Assembly: GCA_025355175.1 (NCBI GenBank)
Contig: JANYAF010000181.1
Location: 1-49,159 of the forward strand
DNA: 49,159 nt
Source of the DNA: Deltaproteobacteria bacterium
GTDB lineage: Bacteria; Desulfobacterota; Syntrophia; Syntrophales; Smithellaceae
Direction: 5' to 3'
The position numbers and the translations under genes were made by a program. A model generated the notes under the pieces. The model ran no database searches, was not told the DNA's origin, and worked only from the letters and a program-made list of their open reading frames with translations. Shown here one piece after another: positions 1 to 10,163 of the stretch (position 1 is its first letter; each line of letters starts with the position of its first letter).

Positions 1-86
1 ACAACAGCAATCGTCTTCATTCTTATTTGGATTACAAAAATCCAAATGATTTTGAAAATAATTTTATTTTGGCTAAAGCAGCTTAA
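1..86 (+). mobile_element. 3' end of an IS3-family transposase (integrase-core C-terminus), truncated by the window start
   Basis: Frame 3 reads NSNRLHSYLDYKNPNDFENNFILAKAA* with stop TAA at 84-86. The RLHS-L-Y-xP-xFE pattern is the conserved tail of IS3/rve transposases. It is not in the ORF track because it has no start in the window. Confidence 0.55.
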
Positions 87-358
87 CCAGGTGTCCGTTT
101 TTACTTGACCAGATCAATTTTAACAGAAAATATTGCCATAAAATTTGGGGCGAAGCATCGATGAACATACGGTATATTCATCAAATGCGAGCCTCACCAA
201 AAAAGCATAAGATTTATCCTTGATTAAACTGTATGCAATTGTTATAAATTTTCTAACAGTTATCAATTGCAAGGTTGGGAGAACACTATTTTGGAAGTCC
301 TGACTTCAGGCAATTGTAATTTAAAGCTGTCATAATTGAAACATAATAATAAATTGCA

Positions 359-1357
359 ATGAGTATATTCAATATAAAAAAGAAAAGAAAAATTATCATT
401 GTTATTCATGGTCTTGCTAATAAACCGCCGAAAAATATCCTCGAAAATTGGTGCAAAATTTCTATCCGCGAAGGTTTGAAAACAATTCACAGGCGGTTTA
501 CTCCATTTTCTTTAAAATTGGTTTATTGGGCCGACCTGCTGCATGAAAAACCGGAGGACATTCAGGAGCAAGACAAGAAGAGCGACACATATCTTAGTGA
601 TCCGTATACTCCGGGAAATCCAGATGAATATATCAATTTTAAACCGAGCGTAAACAAGGAAAAGTTTCTAAATAAGCTGGAAAAGAAGCTTGATGAAATA
701 TATTTCAAAGAAAATCGCTTTATTGATCTCGACTCAATAGCCAATATTTTAGCCAGAAACTTTTTCCAAGACATGGACTACTATTATCATAGCAACTGCC
801 CCGTTGCCCGTTATGCCGGTTTGACGGCCAGGGATGCCATTTGTTTGCGTCTTGCGGAAACATTGGACAAGTATCATGACCGGGATATACTGCTCATTGC
901 TCATTCAATGGGAACAATCATCGCCTATGACGTTCTCACACAAACAATGAAAGATGTTTCGATTAACACACTAATTACCATAGGCTCGCCGCTGGCTATG
1001 CCGCTTATTCTTAAAAATATTTTATTGGAACAGGGGAAAGATTTCAAAAAAGAACATCAACCCTTTACTCCTGAAAATATCATAACCGGCTGGTATAATT
1101 TTTCCGACCTTGATGATCCGGTAGCTTTTAATCATAACCTTGCCGATGACTACCTGCCTAATTCAATGGGTATAGCGCCCAATGATTTTATCATTTACAA
1201 CAATTATAGACATGACGGGTCTCGTTTCCCCCACAAATTGTATGGGTACCTGAGGGCACCGGAAGTGGCAATGGTAATTTATGATTTTTGCGTGGCGGGA
1301 AGATCAGCTTTCATAACAAATCTGAGACAAAAATTGGGGAACATGTTTGGATGGTAG
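359..1357 (+). CDS. alpha/beta hydrolase, lipase/esterase-like
   Basis: 332-aa ORF with an N-terminal IIIVIHGL oxyanion-type strand and the nucleophile elbow LIAHSMGTIIAYDV (GxSxG). Asp and His candidates lie downstream (FSDLDDPV, YRHDG). Confidence 0.65.
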   Translation: MSIFNIKKKRKIIIVIHGLANKPPKNILENWCKISIREGLKTIHRRFTPFSLKLVYWADLLHEKPEDIQEQDKKSDTYLSDPYTPGNPDEYINFKPSVNKEKFLNKLEKKLDEIYFKENRFIDLDSIANILARNFFQDMDYYYHSNCPVARYAGLTARDAICLRLAETLDKYHDRDILLIAHSMGTIIAYDVLTQTMKDVSINTLITIGSPLAMPLILKNILLEQGKDFKKEHQPFTPENIITGWYNFSDLDDPVAFNHNLADDYLPNSMGIAPNDFIIYNNYRHDGSRFPHKLYGYLRAPEVAMVIYDFCVAGRSAFITNLRQKLGNMFGW

Positions 1358-1453
1358 ATGCCATCTGTCATCTGCTATTTGATATTTTGACGATATAATT
1401 CAATATAGTATCGAAACGATTATTGCTTGCAAATTTACATTGGGAGATTAATC

Positions 1454-2623
1454 ATGAGAATTGGAGTTCTAACGGGAGGTGGAGATGTTCCGGGTCTGAA
1501 TCCCTGTATCAAAGCAATTGTCCATAGCGCTATAGATGAGGGAATGGAAATACTTGGCATTCGACGCGGCTGGGCCGGACTGCTTGAATACAATCCTGAC
1601 GATCCGGAAAGTTTTGATCGCTGTTTCTTGAAACTTGATAAACAAAACACTCGAACAATTGATCGCACCGGCGGCACTTTTCTGCATACCAGCCGGATCA
1701 CTCCCAGCAAGGTTCGCCTGCAGGACATGAGCGATTGCTTACGCGGGAAGGTTGTAACCGGAACTCCCGCGCCTGATGCTGTCTTTGATTTAACAGAGCG
1801 GATATTAAATAATATTCCCAGACTTGGCATTGATCATCTTATCGCCATTGGCGGTGACGGTACTCTGGCCTATACCGAGCGCATGAATAAAGAAGGTGTG
1901 CCGATTATCGCCATTCCAAAAACCATGGATAATGATGTCTTTGGAACGGATTACTGTATAGGGTTTTCCACCGCCGTAACGCGCAGCGTGGAATTCATTC
2001 ACCAACTGCGGACATCGGCAGGTTCTCATGAACGCATCGGTATCATCGAGCTCTTCGGCCGCAATTGCGGCGAAGTAACCCTTCTTGCCTCTTACCTTTC
2101 CGGAGTAGATCGCGCGATAATCAGCGAAGTCCCCTTTGATCCGGAAAAACTTGCTCATCTTATATTAAAGGACAAGAAATCCAATCCCAGCAACTACGCC
2201 ATGATTGCCATAAGCGAGGGAGCCAAAATGACCGGAGGGAAAATAGTTGATTATGGTCAGGCGGATGCCTATGGCAACCGGAAATTGGGCGGCATCGGGC
2301 TGATCACCAGCGACACACTGGAAAAAATCACAGGCCAGGATTGCTTCTGTCAGCAAATCTCTTATCTGATGCGTTCCGGTGTCCCGGATAGTCTGGATTT
2401 GATGGTCGCTGTAAACTTTGCCAACATCGCCGTTAAGTTAATAGCCTCAGCGAAAAAGATGGATAATCGGATGGTGTCTCTGCGGGACGGCAATTATACA
2501 AGCGTTCCTGTTGCTGAAATCCACCAGGGAATCAAACGAGTGGATGTGGAAGAACTCTACGACACAGAACAGTACCGTCCCAAAGTTCTCCACGTTGAAG
2601 GGAAACCGATGTTTCTATACTAA
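1454..2623 (+). CDS. pfk: 6-phosphofructokinase (phosphoryl donor not assignable)
   Basis: [38 protein letters not shown] and MRSG motifs. I chose the ATG at 1454, preceded by GGGAG at 1442-1446, rather than the track start at 1427. Confidence 0.9.
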   Translation: MRIGVLTGGGDVPGLNPCIKAIVHSAIDEGMEILGIRRGWAGLLEYNPDDPESFDRCFLKLDKQNTRTIDRTGGTFLHTSRITPSKVRLQDMSDCLRGKVVTGTPAPDAVFDLTERILNNIPRLGIDHLIAIGGDGTLAYTERMNKEGVPIIAIPKTMDNDVFGTDYCIGFSTAVTRSVEFIHQLRTSAGSHERIGIIELFGRNCGEVTLLASYLSGVDRAIISEVPFDPEKLAHLILKDKKSNPSNYAMIAISEGAKMTGGKIVDYGQADAYGNRKLGGIGLITSDTLEKITGQDCFCQQISYLMRSGVPDSLDLMVAVNFANIAVKLIASAKKMDNRMVSLRDGNYTSVPVAEIHQGIKRVDVEELYDTEQYRPKVLHVEGKPMFLY

Positions 2624-2645
2624 TTAATCAACAAAGAGAAACGCA

Positions 2646-2674
2646 TTGACAACTGCAAGTCTTTTGACTAGTAT
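2646..2674 (+). promoter_or_regulatory. sigma70-like promoter candidate for gap-pgk-tpiA
   Basis: TTGACA (2646-2651), 17-nt spacer, TAGTAT (2669-2674). An AAGGAGG RBS lies at 2695-2701 before the ATG at 2708. Confidence 0.35.
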
Positions 2675-2707
2675 TTCGAAAATTTATAAATATATAAGGA
2701 GGATGAT

Positions 2708-3706
2708 ATGGCAATAAAAATTGCTATTAATGGTTTTGGAAGAATAGGACGGCTTGTTTTTCGGGCTGGATACAAAAATAAAGATATAGAGTTTGTGGCG
2801 ATAAACGATCTCGCGGACTCCAAGACACTTGCCCATCTGCTCAAATATGATTCAATCCATGGAATATTTAACGCGGAGATTAAATCCGAAAGCAACTCGA
2901 TTACCGTCGACGGTAAAGAGATTAAGACTTTTTCTGTAAGAGATCCTGAGGCATTGCCATGGAAAGACCTGGGAGTGGACGTAGTTTTGGAAAGCACGGG
3001 AATATTTACTGATAAAGCCGGTGCTGAAAAACATCTTAAAGCCGGAGCCCAAAAAGTTGTCATCTCCGCTCCTGCCAAGGGACCGGACGTAACTTTTGTT
3101 TTGGGGGTCAACCAGGAAGTATACGACAAAACCAAACATCACATTATATCCATGGGATCCTGCACCACTAATTGCCTGGCACCGATCGTCAAGATTCTGC
3201 ACAAGGAATTTGGTGTGGAGTACGGACTGATGACAACAATCCATGCCTATACAAATGATCAGGTTGTTCAGGATGAGCCGCATAAAGACTTAAGAAGAGC
3301 TAGAGCGGCTGCGCTTTCCATGATCCCCACCACTACCGGTGCAGCCAGAGCAATCGCGGAAGTCATACCTGAAATGAAAGGAAAGCTCGATGGCCTGGCC
3401 ATTCGCGTTCCCGTTCCCAATGTTTCTCTGGTAGATTTTGTAGCAACTGTTTCGAAAAGCACAACCAAGGCTGAGGTAAATGCCAAATTCAAAGAGTACG
3501 CAAGTGGTTCCATGAAAGGAATTCTTTTTTGTTCGGAGGAAGAATTGGTTTCACGCGATTTCAACGGCAACCCCTATTCCTCAATCGTAGATATGCCAAA
3601 CACAACGGTAATAGGCGGCAAGATGGTGAAGGTACTCTCCTGGTATGACAACGAGTGGGCGTTTTCCAACAGGATGACGGAACTTCTCTATTTCATCATG
3701 AAATAG
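2708..3706 (+). CDS. gap: glyceraldehyde-3-phosphate dehydrogenase, type I
   Basis: [19 protein letters not shown]ossmann start, catalytic [10 protein letters not shown]-terminal [11 protein letters not shown]. Confidence 0.95.
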   Translation: MAIKIAINGFGRIGRLVFRAGYKNKDIEFVAINDLADSKTLAHLLKYDSIHGIFNAEIKSESNSITVDGKEIKTFSVRDPEALPWKDLGVDVVLESTGIFTDKAGAEKHLKAGAQKVVISAPAKGPDVTFVLGVNQEVYDKTKHHIISMGSCTTNCLAPIVKILHKEFGVEYGLMTTIHAYTNDQVVQDEPHKDLRRARAAALSMIPTTTGAARAIAEVIPEMKGKLDGLAIRVPVPNVSLVDFVATVSKSTTKAEVNAKFKEYASGSMKGILFCSEEELVSRDFNGNPYSSIVDMPNTTVIGGKMVKVLSWYDNEWAFSNRMTELLYFIMK

Positions 3707-3736
3707 AAATAGCAATAGAAAGAAAAAAGGCGACAG

Positions 3737-4927
3737 ATGAAATACATTGATCAGATTGATTTAAAAGGAAAACGGGTATTGATCAGGGTGGACTTCAATG
3801 TCCCGCTTAATAAAGATGGTCTTGTTACTGATGATACCCGTGTGCGGGCAAGCTTGCCGACAATAAACTACGCCCTGACAAACGGTGCTAAAGTCATCGT
3901 GGCTTCGCATTTGGGAAGGCCAAAAGGGAAAATAGTCGCGGAGTTCTCGCTAAAACCAGTTGTGCAGGTTCTTTCAGGCCTGTTGAAAAAAGATGTAGTA
4001 TTTGTGGATGATTGCGTAAGTGAAAAAGCCACGCAAGCCGTAAGCAATATGAAAGCAGGAGATCTTGTTCTTCTCGAAAACCTGAGATTTTATCCCGGCG
4101 AAGACAAAAATGACGCAGAATTCGCCAAACAGCTGGCAGCGCTTTGTGACGTATATATTGATGATGCTTTTGCTGTTTCTCACCGCGCGGCGGCATCAAA
4201 TACCGCCATAACTCAGTTTGTAGGTGTCTGCGCTGCGGGATTTCTGCTGAAAAATGAAATTGAATACTTTAATAAAGCCATGGGTAATCCAACACGGCCG
4301 CTTCTTGCCATAATTGGCGGCGCCAAAGTTTCCGATAAGATTGGCCTGCTGGAAAATTTAATTGATAAGGTAGATAAACTTATAGTCGGCGGCGGCATGG
4401 CTTACACTTTCCTTAAGGCCGCAGGCTTTAACATTGGCAAGTCGTTATGTGAAACTGATATGCTTGATCTGGCACGCAAGATTATGGAAAAAGCCAGGCA
4501 GAAAAATGTGCAGCTTTTACTGCCGGTGGATAATGTAATTGCGACTAATCCCGCGGCTGATGCTGAAATAAAAATTTGTGATATCAAAGATATACCCGAA
4601 GACTGGATGGGGCTGGATATAGGACCTGCAACAATCACTTTATTTTCAGACGCTATAAAGAACGCCAAAACGATTGTATGGAATGGCCCACTGGGCATGT
4701 TTGAACTTGCCCCTTTTAGCAAAGGAACATTCTCACTTGTCCACGCTGTTGCGAATTCCGGCGCACTCACGATTGTCGGCGGCGGCGATACGGATACGGC
4801 CGTTCATCAAACCGGAGAAAGCGCAAAAATATCTTTTATCTCAACAGGCGGCGGTGCTTTTCTGGAATTGCTGGAAGGCAAAACCTTACCCGGCGTTGCC
4901 GCCTTAGACTCAGGAGGAAAAATATAA
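3737..4927 (+). CDS. pgk: phosphoglycerate kinase
   Basis: [30 protein letters not shown] and STGGGA motifs in a 396-aa ORF. Confidence 0.95.
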   Translation: MKYIDQIDLKGKRVLIRVDFNVPLNKDGLVTDDTRVRASLPTINYALTNGAKVIVASHLGRPKGKIVAEFSLKPVVQVLSGLLKKDVVFVDDCVSEKATQAVSNMKAGDLVLLENLRFYPGEDKNDAEFAKQLAALCDVYIDDAFAVSHRAAASNTAITQFVGVCAAGFLLKNEIEYFNKAMGNPTRPLLAIIGGAKVSDKIGLLENLIDKVDKLIVGGGMAYTFLKAAGFNIGKSLCETDMLDLARKIMEKARQKNVQLLLPVDNVIATNPAADAEIKICDIKDIPEDWMGLDIGPATITLFSDAIKNAKTIVWNGPLGMFELAPFSKGTFSLVHAVANSGALTIVGGGDTDTAVHQTGESAKISFISTGGGAFLELLEGKTLPGVAALDSGGKI

Positions 4928-5682
4928 TGAGAAATTGGATTGTAGCCGGCAACTGGAAAATGCACAACACCACAGGTGAATCGATTGCTCTGGCTCAGGC
5001 GATCAAAGAAGGCACAAAGGACATTAAAAATGGTGAAGTAATTATAGCTCCACCTTTTACCTCTTTATTCAGCGTTGGTGCGGCGATTAAGGGCACACAA
5101 GTATCTCTGGCCGCTCAGAATATGCATCATGAAGATAAAGGAGCATTCACCGGTGAGATCGCGCCCGGAATGCTTAAAGATGTAGGCTGCACTTATGTGA
5201 TCATCGGCCATTCCGAACGCAGAAAGTATTTTCATGAAAGTGATGAAGACGTAAACTTAAAAGTCAAAAAAGCGCTGGCTGTTGGTTTAAAACCCATACT
5301 CTGCGTCGGCGAGACGGAAGATGAAAGGGTAAAAGGTGTAACCCAGTCTATTATCGACACGCAAATAAAGAAGGCGCTAAGCGGTGTGGAAAATATTGAT
5401 AATGTCGTGATTGCCTATGAGCCAGTCTGGGCTATAGGAACAGGTAAAGTCGCCACGTCGGCTCAGGCAGAAGAAGTACACCATTTTATTCGCGGCATCC
5501 TGAAAGAGCTCTATGGTGCTGTATCCAAAGACATCCGCATTCTCTATGGCGGCAGCGTGACTAAAGATAATATCAGCGAATTAATCGGCATGGAAAATAT
5601 CGACGGAGCGCTCGTCGGCGGAGCCTCTTTAAAACCGGACGCGTTTCTCGGCATAATCAATCAAATCACCGGGAAGAAATAA
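4927..5682 (+). CDS. tpiA: triosephosphate isomerase
   Basis: AGNWKMH, IIGHSERR, YEPVWAIGTG and GGASL motifs. The start overlaps the pgk stop (TAATG). Confidence 0.95.
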   Translation: MRNWIVAGNWKMHNTTGESIALAQAIKEGTKDIKNGEVIIAPPFTSLFSVGAAIKGTQVSLAAQNMHHEDKGAFTGEIAPGMLKDVGCTYVIIGHSERRKYFHESDEDVNLKVKKALAVGLKPILCVGETEDERVKGVTQSIIDTQIKKALSGVENIDNVVIAYEPVWAIGTGKVATSAQAEEVHHFIRGILKELYGAVSKDIRILYGGSVTKDNISELIGMENIDGALVGGASLKPDAFLGIINQITGKK

Positions 5683-5843
5683 TTTCATACCAATTTTTGT
5701 TCTAGAAACAAGTTATGCTGGTAGCCACGAATAAAGGCTCTTAAAGAAAAGGCAGACTTCAACCTGATTGTATCGAACAATACGGGTTTACTCGTTTCAA
5801 TAAAGTAGATTGAAATATTAGTTATTAAATCAATAGGCTCATC

Positions 5844-7868
5844 ATGAAACTGAATTTGTGGACACTGAAATTCGTAGGAATCTCGTCGCAACTCGAAGCT
5901 CCATTTCGAATCGATTACTACCGGGTGTCCCTTCTCCCCATCCGAATATCCCTGATATTGGGAATGCTATTTTACGCAGCTTTCGGTATCCTGGATGCGG
6001 TACTCATGCCGGAACAAAAATACACAATATGGTTTTTCCGGTTTGTTATCGTCTGTCCCGCGCTTGCAGGAACGTTACTGGCATCTTTTTTAAAGTCCTT
6101 TGAACGATATATGCAGCCTCTCCTGGCGACTGTCTTTATTCTGGCTGGTGGGTGCATTATCTATATAATTGTTGTCGCCCCATCGCCGGTAAATTATTTT
6201 CATAATGCCGGCCTGCTGCTTGTTTTGATGTGGGGCTATACTTTCATCCGCATCTTGTTTACATGGGCATCAATTGCCGGATGGGCGCAGGTGGTATTGT
6301 ACGAAATCGCGGCAATCTGGATACATCCCTCACCCCAGTCCGTTCTGCTCAATAACAGCTTTTTTTTCATCAGCGCCAACATCATTGGAATGCTGGCCTG
6401 TTATTCCATTGAATTCTATGCCCGACGTGATTATTTCCTGAGACAGCGGTTAAAGGTTGAGCAGGAAAAGGGTAAAAAAATCCATCAAAAACTGGAAGAG
6501 CGTGTAGAAAAGCGGACGGCGGATTATCAGATCATTAATCAGGCACTGGAACAAGAAATCACCGACCATAAGAATGCCCAGAAGGCGCTGTTGGAGAGTG
6601 AAGAGAATTTTCGCCGGTCTTTGGATGAATCACCGCTAGGTGTTCGCATCGTAACAGCGGACGGTGAGACAATTTATGCAAATCAAGCTATTCTGGATAT
6701 ATACGGCCACGACACCATAGAGGACTTGAAGGCAACCAATGTTATGACACGCTATACCAAGGAAAGCCTTGCCGAATTCCAAATCAGAAGCGAAAAAAGA
6801 AAAAGCGGGGATTATGGTCCGGCCGAATACGAAATAACCATTATCAGGAAAACTGGTGAAGTCCGTTATCTGCAAGTATATCGCAAAGAAATTCTTTGGG
6901 GCGGTGAAAGGCAGTATCAAGTAGTTTACCAGGATATTACAGGCAAAAAGCAGGCAGAAAATGCACTGCGGGAAAGCGAGGCACGGTATCGGACATTGGT
7001 GGAAAATGCGAACGATATAGTCTTTGGAACTGACAACACAGGACACTTCACGTTTGCCAATCCCGCAACTCTGCGTATTACAAAATACGATGAAGAGGAA
7101 GTTATTGGGATGCATTATCCGGACTTGATCCGCCCGGACATGCGTGATGAAGCCATTAGGTTCTTCGGCCGCCAGTTCGTAAAGGGGCTTCAAAATACAT
7201 ATTCAGAATACCCCATTATCACTAAGGATGGCCATGAAGTTTGGCTTGGACAAAATACTCAGCCGATAGTGGAAAATGGCAATGTTACGGGATTTCAGGC
7301 GGTTTCCCGTGACATCACCGACCGCAAGAGGCTCGAAGCAGAATTGAAGGAGAGCGAAGAAAGATACCGCGAACTGAGTATTGTCGATGATCTCACCGGA
7401 CTTTATAATTCCAGGAATTTTTATTTTCAACTTAAAATGGAAATTGAACGACTGGCGCGTTACGAACAGCCGCTAACCATTCTCATGCTTGATCTCGACA
7501 ATTTCAAGGAATTCAACGACGCATACGGCCATATCGAGGGAGACCAGGTCTTACAGCGATTTGGTCAGGTGATCAAAAGATGCCTGCGCGAAACAGATTT
7601 CGCTTATCGTTATGGCGGAGAAGAATTCACCATCCTCCTGCCCATGACAACAAGCGCGGATGGCGCCTTTACAGCGGAAAGAATTCGGATGGAATTCAAG
7701 AAGGAGATTTTTTCTCCATCACCGGGTCAGGAAGTACATTTGACAGTAAGCATCGGGCTTGCGCAGTACAAGCCTCAGGAAGACATAAAGGCTTTCGTCC
7801 GCAGGGTTGACCAGCTTATGTATCAGGGGAAGAAGAACGGAAAGGACAGGGTTTGTTCCGAGTCATAG
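5844..7868 (+). CDS. membrane sensor diguanylate cyclase (multi-TM N-terminus, coiled coil, 2 PAS, GGDEF)
   Basis: About 190 aa of hydrophobic helices are followed by two PAS-like blocks (FRRSLDESPLGV, YRTLVENANDIVF). The GGDEF domain has DLDNFKEFND and RYGGEEF. Confidence 0.85.
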   Translation: MKLNLWTLKFVGISSQLEAPFRIDYYRVSLLPIRISLILGMLFYAAFGILDAVLMPEQKYTIWFFRFVIVCPALAGTLLASFLKSFERYMQPLLATVFILAGGCIIYIIVVAPSPVNYFHNAGLLLVLMWGYTFIRILFTWASIAGWAQVVLYEIAAIWIHPSPQSVLLNNSFFFISANIIGMLACYSIEFYARRDYFLRQRLKVEQEKGKKIHQKLEERVEKRTADYQIINQALEQEITDHKNAQKALLESEENFRRSLDESPLGVRIVTADGETIYANQAILDIYGHDTIEDLKATNVMTRYTKESLAEFQIRSEKRKSGDYGPAEYEITIIRKTGEVRYLQVYRKEILWGGERQYQVVYQDITGKKQAENALRESEARYRTLVENANDIVFGTDNTGHFTFANPATLRITKYDEEEVIGMHYPDLIRPDMRDEAIRFFGRQFVKGLQNTYSEYPIITKDGHEVWLGQNTQPIVENGNVTGFQAVSRDITDRKRLEAELKESEERYRELSIVDDLTGLYNSRNFYFQLKMEIERLARYEQPLTILMLDLDNFKEFNDAYGHIEGDQVLQRFGQVIKRCLRETDFAYRYGGEEFTILLPMTTSADGAFTAERIRMEFKKEIFSPSPGQEVHLTVSIGLAQYKPQEDIKAFVRRVDQLMYQGKKNGKDRVCSES

Positions 7869-7939
7869 CCTCAAGGAAGTATATTGCCGATTGGCAATCC
7901 CTATTACATTTCATGCACAGACCGTTGGCCCGATCATAA

Positions 7940-8815
7940 TCATTTCTGCAACTTTACCACTTTGTAACCACGTTTTCTCAAAAGATCAATCACGCTATTA
8001 TTCCCGACAAGATGCGCCACACCTACTATCACCATAGTGTTTACCGAACTGCCCAGATAGCCCTCAATATCATTAATCCATTTTTTATTTCTATCGAGAA
8101 TTAAGGCCTGATAGAGTTTCGGGTAATTTTTTAACTCATTGAGATTAAGTGCTTCGATTTTTGTTTCATCACCGTTTTTCCAGGCATTAAATATTTCCGG
8201 TCCTTTGGTATTTATCTGCCTGAGCTCTTCTATCGTTTCAGCAATTTGTTCATTGCTCATAAACCTATCCATCAAAGTCAGAAATCCAATCTGTTGATCC
8301 ATTGTCTCTAAACTTCCCACCACCTTTCGATCTTTTTGCGCCTTGTCATTGAAAAAGTAATCAACCCCACTATTTGATTCTGCGCCAATTTTTGCCATTT
8401 CGGACATAGTCAGCGTCATCGCCAGCATCCACGGTCGAAATGATTGATATTGTTCAATTGGATAGTTTCGTTCCCTGCAGAAGGCCTCGACCTTAGAGTA
8501 AGCCTGCGAGGACAGGTGCTGTTTCAGTGTTGAACCATCGCTGTATATTGCCGCACTCATTAATTTCTCCAGATACTCCGGCTTTTCCATATCGCCAATC
8601 GATGCTTCCAATATTATCTTACGGGAGTCCGAATAGGCGCTAAAAAATTCTGATGGTAACGGATGATCTGAAGCCCGAAGAACATGGCAGGATCCGGCGA
8701 GATAGACGGTGGTTGTGGGAGACTTAACAACCCAAACCGACGTTTCAGCCCCAACACTTGCAGCCGCAAGGATGAGAATTAATGCCAATACTGTTCGCAA
8801 TAATTTTAGTTTCAT
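7940..8815 (-). CDS. TraB/GumN family protein, secreted
   Basis: Signal peptide MKLKLLRTVLALILILAAASVGA, then VWVVKS..TVYLAGSCHVL and VGVAHLVG blocks typical of the GumN/TraB family. Confidence 0.65.
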   Translation of the reverse strand: MKLKLLRTVLALILILAAASVGAETSVWVVKSPTTTVYLAGSCHVLRASDHPLPSEFFSAYSDSRKIILEASIGDMEKPEYLEKLMSAAIYSDGSTLKQHLSSQAYSKVEAFCRERNYPIEQYQSFRPWMLAMTLTMSEMAKIGAESNSGVDYFFNDKAQKDRKVVGSLETMDQQIGFLTLMDRFMSNEQIAETIEELRQINTKGPEIFNAWKNGDETKIEALNLNELKNYPKLYQALILDRNKKWINDIEGYLGSSVNTMVIVGVAHLVGNNSVIDLLRKRGYKVVKLQK

Positions 8816-8895
8816 TGTTTTATTCTACCTTTGATAAAATTGATTTGGCTAAAGATAACAATGTTGATGAAGGAAGTGTTTCTGTATGTTTCCCA

Positions 8896-8935
8896 AAGCC
8901 TCATAGCCCAGTATATGCAAGGGGCTATGAGGCTT
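8896..8935 (-). terminator. perfect 14-bp stem-loop downstream of the Pal-like gene
   Basis: AAGCCTCATAGCCC (8896-8909) pairs with GGGCTATGAGGCTT (8922-8935) around a 12-nt loop, 70 nt after the stop at 9005. Only a short U stretch follows on the minus strand, so it is not a textbook intrinsic terminator. Confidence 0.4.
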
Positions 8936-9004
8936 GTTCACGGTTAAAGATCGAGAAATAGCAACAGCAATGGGAAAAATGTGTTGCCGCATTTATCTTT
9001 GAAT

Positions 9005-9496
9005 TTATTCTATGGTTACAACAAAATTATTTCTTCTGTTTTTCGCCCATGCTTCTTCATTATGGCCGTTATCAAGCGGACGGTTTTTACCATAGCTGAT
9101 TGTTTTTATCTGCTTTTTGTTAACACCTAAGCTGACTAAATATTTCATTGCTTCTTTTGCTCTTTTATCACCAAGAGCCATGTTATACGCATCAGATCCT
9201 CTCTCATCACAATGCCCTTCAATAAGGATAGCTGATTTCTTGTTTTTTAAAAAATAGCCTGCATTTTCTTTGAGGATTTTTTTATCAGAAGCACGAAGAG
9301 CATATTTATTGTAATCAAAATAGATGGAGTTAATTGCATTATTCTCAATTTTTGTATCACTGGGAGATGCCGCCTGCTGATTAATCGATCCAGTTGCGGA
9401 TGAATCACTCTGAATTACTTGCTTATTATCACATCCTGTATAAGCACCTACAGCAATAACTAAGATCAAACCAATGATTAAATTTAATCTTTTCAT
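9005..9496 (-). CDS. OmpA-family peptidoglycan-associated lipoprotein (Pal-like)
   Basis: Lipobox AYTGC after the signal peptide. OmpA_C block YFDYNKYAL...LIEGHCDERGSDAYNMALGDKRA...NRRNNF. Confidence 0.85.
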   Translation of the reverse strand: MKRLNLIIGLILVIAVGAYTGCDNKQVIQSDSSATGSINQQAASPSDTKIENNAINSIYFDYNKYALRASDKKILKENAGYFLKNKKSAILIEGHCDERGSDAYNMALGDKRAKEAMKYLVSLGVNKKQIKTISYGKNRPLDNGHNEEAWAKNRRNNFVVTIE

Positions 9497-9599
9497 TTTT
9501 TTACTCCTCCTTTTTTATTTATATCTAATGACATTACACAGGTTATTATTTACTGCAAGTATTTTTTAAGGCATTTATTGAGTAATAAAAATTTTTCTA

Positions 9600-9632
9600 T
9601 TGACAAATACAAATATAGTTGTATTATACAAC
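9600..9632 (+). promoter_or_regulatory. promoter plus palindromic operator candidate for the MarR gene
   Basis: TTGACA (9600-9605), 16-nt spacer, TATTAT (9622-9627). A perfect 7-1-7 palindrome GTTGTAT-T-ATACAAC lies at 9618-9632, with a third half-site AATACAA at 9606-9612. The ATG at 9634 would lie at or near the predicted TSS, so the mRNA may be leaderless. Confidence 0.4.
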
Positions 9633-9633
9633 C

Positions 9634-10107
9634 ATGTTGATAAAAATAAATAAAAACAGTTCTGCCTTAATGGGTGTGCTTAGTGGTCTTTCTCAGGTGA
9701 TGCGCTGCTGTTGCCGTGATGAATCTTTTTGCGAAGGTGTAACATTTCACCAGTTCATGATTCTGGATGCTGTCGCTAAAGTAAAAGAACTCAATATGAC
9801 CGATCTGCATCAAATTTTATCAGTACAGAAAAGCACAACAACCCGCCTGGTTAATCCTCTGCTAAAAAAAGGTCTCTTACGCCGTGATAAGGCAGATCAC
9901 GATTCCCGTTCGATAAAGCTAACACTTACAAAAGATGGGATTGAGGCCCACAAAAAAGTAACGTTGTGCTTGATGGATTTTAATCAAAAAGTTGCGAATC
10001 AGATACCTGAAAAAAAGAAAGCCGAAGTACTGGAATGCGTAAATATTTTTATCAATGCCATAAAAAATGCTTCCAGCGTGTGCAGTTGCGGCAAACAAAC
10101 AAAGTAA
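9634..10107 (+). CDS. MarR-family transcriptional regulator, Cys-rich
   Basis: wHTH core FHQFMILDAV..LNMTDLHQILSVQKSTTTRLVNPLLKKGLLRR..DSRSIKLTLTKDG. Cys clusters RCCCRDESFCEG (N-terminal) and VCSCG (C-terminal). The start is uncertain: TTG 9619, ATG 9634 or ATG 9670. Confidence 0.8.
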   Translation: MLIKINKNSSALMGVLSGLSQVMRCCCRDESFCEGVTFHQFMILDAVAKVKELNMTDLHQILSVQKSTTTRLVNPLLKKGLLRRDKADHDSRSIKLTLTKDGIEAHKKVTLCLMDFNQKVANQIPEKKKAEVLECVNIFINAIKNASSVCSCGKQTK

Positions 10108-10163
10108 TACCAAGTTGCTTTCAAAATATAAAATATGAATTTTTGAAAGCTTACTTGGTATTA
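10105..10163 (+). promoter_or_regulatory. long imperfect hairpin/palindrome between the MarR gene and hgcA
   Basis: TAATACCAAGT-T-GCTTTCAAAA (10105-10126) pairs with TTTTGAAAGC-TT-ACTTGGTATTA (10141-10163). That gives 21 bp with one small internal loop and a 14-nt loop. The left arm starts on the MarR stop codon, and no U tract follows. Confidence 0.4.

Noticed and set aside
1435-4907. Numerous antisense or off-frame ORFs inside pfk, gap and pgk (for example 1435-1830, 2668-3135, 4402-4770).
   Set aside because: They are embedded in genes with unambiguous glycolytic enzyme motifs, so they are shadow ORFs.
5683-5843. I expected secG or another small gene after tpiA, as in many gap-pgk-tpiA-secG operons. 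The track lists a 68-aa minus ORF at 5685-5891.
   Set aside because: No SecG-like hydrophobic ORF is present on the plus strand. The minus ORF overlaps the GGDEF gene start and lacks features of a real gene.
7883-7898. ATTGCC-GATT-GGCAAT hairpin in the convergent gap after the GGDEF gene.
   Set aside because: It has only 6 bp, is AT-rich and has no U tract. That is insufficient for a terminator call.
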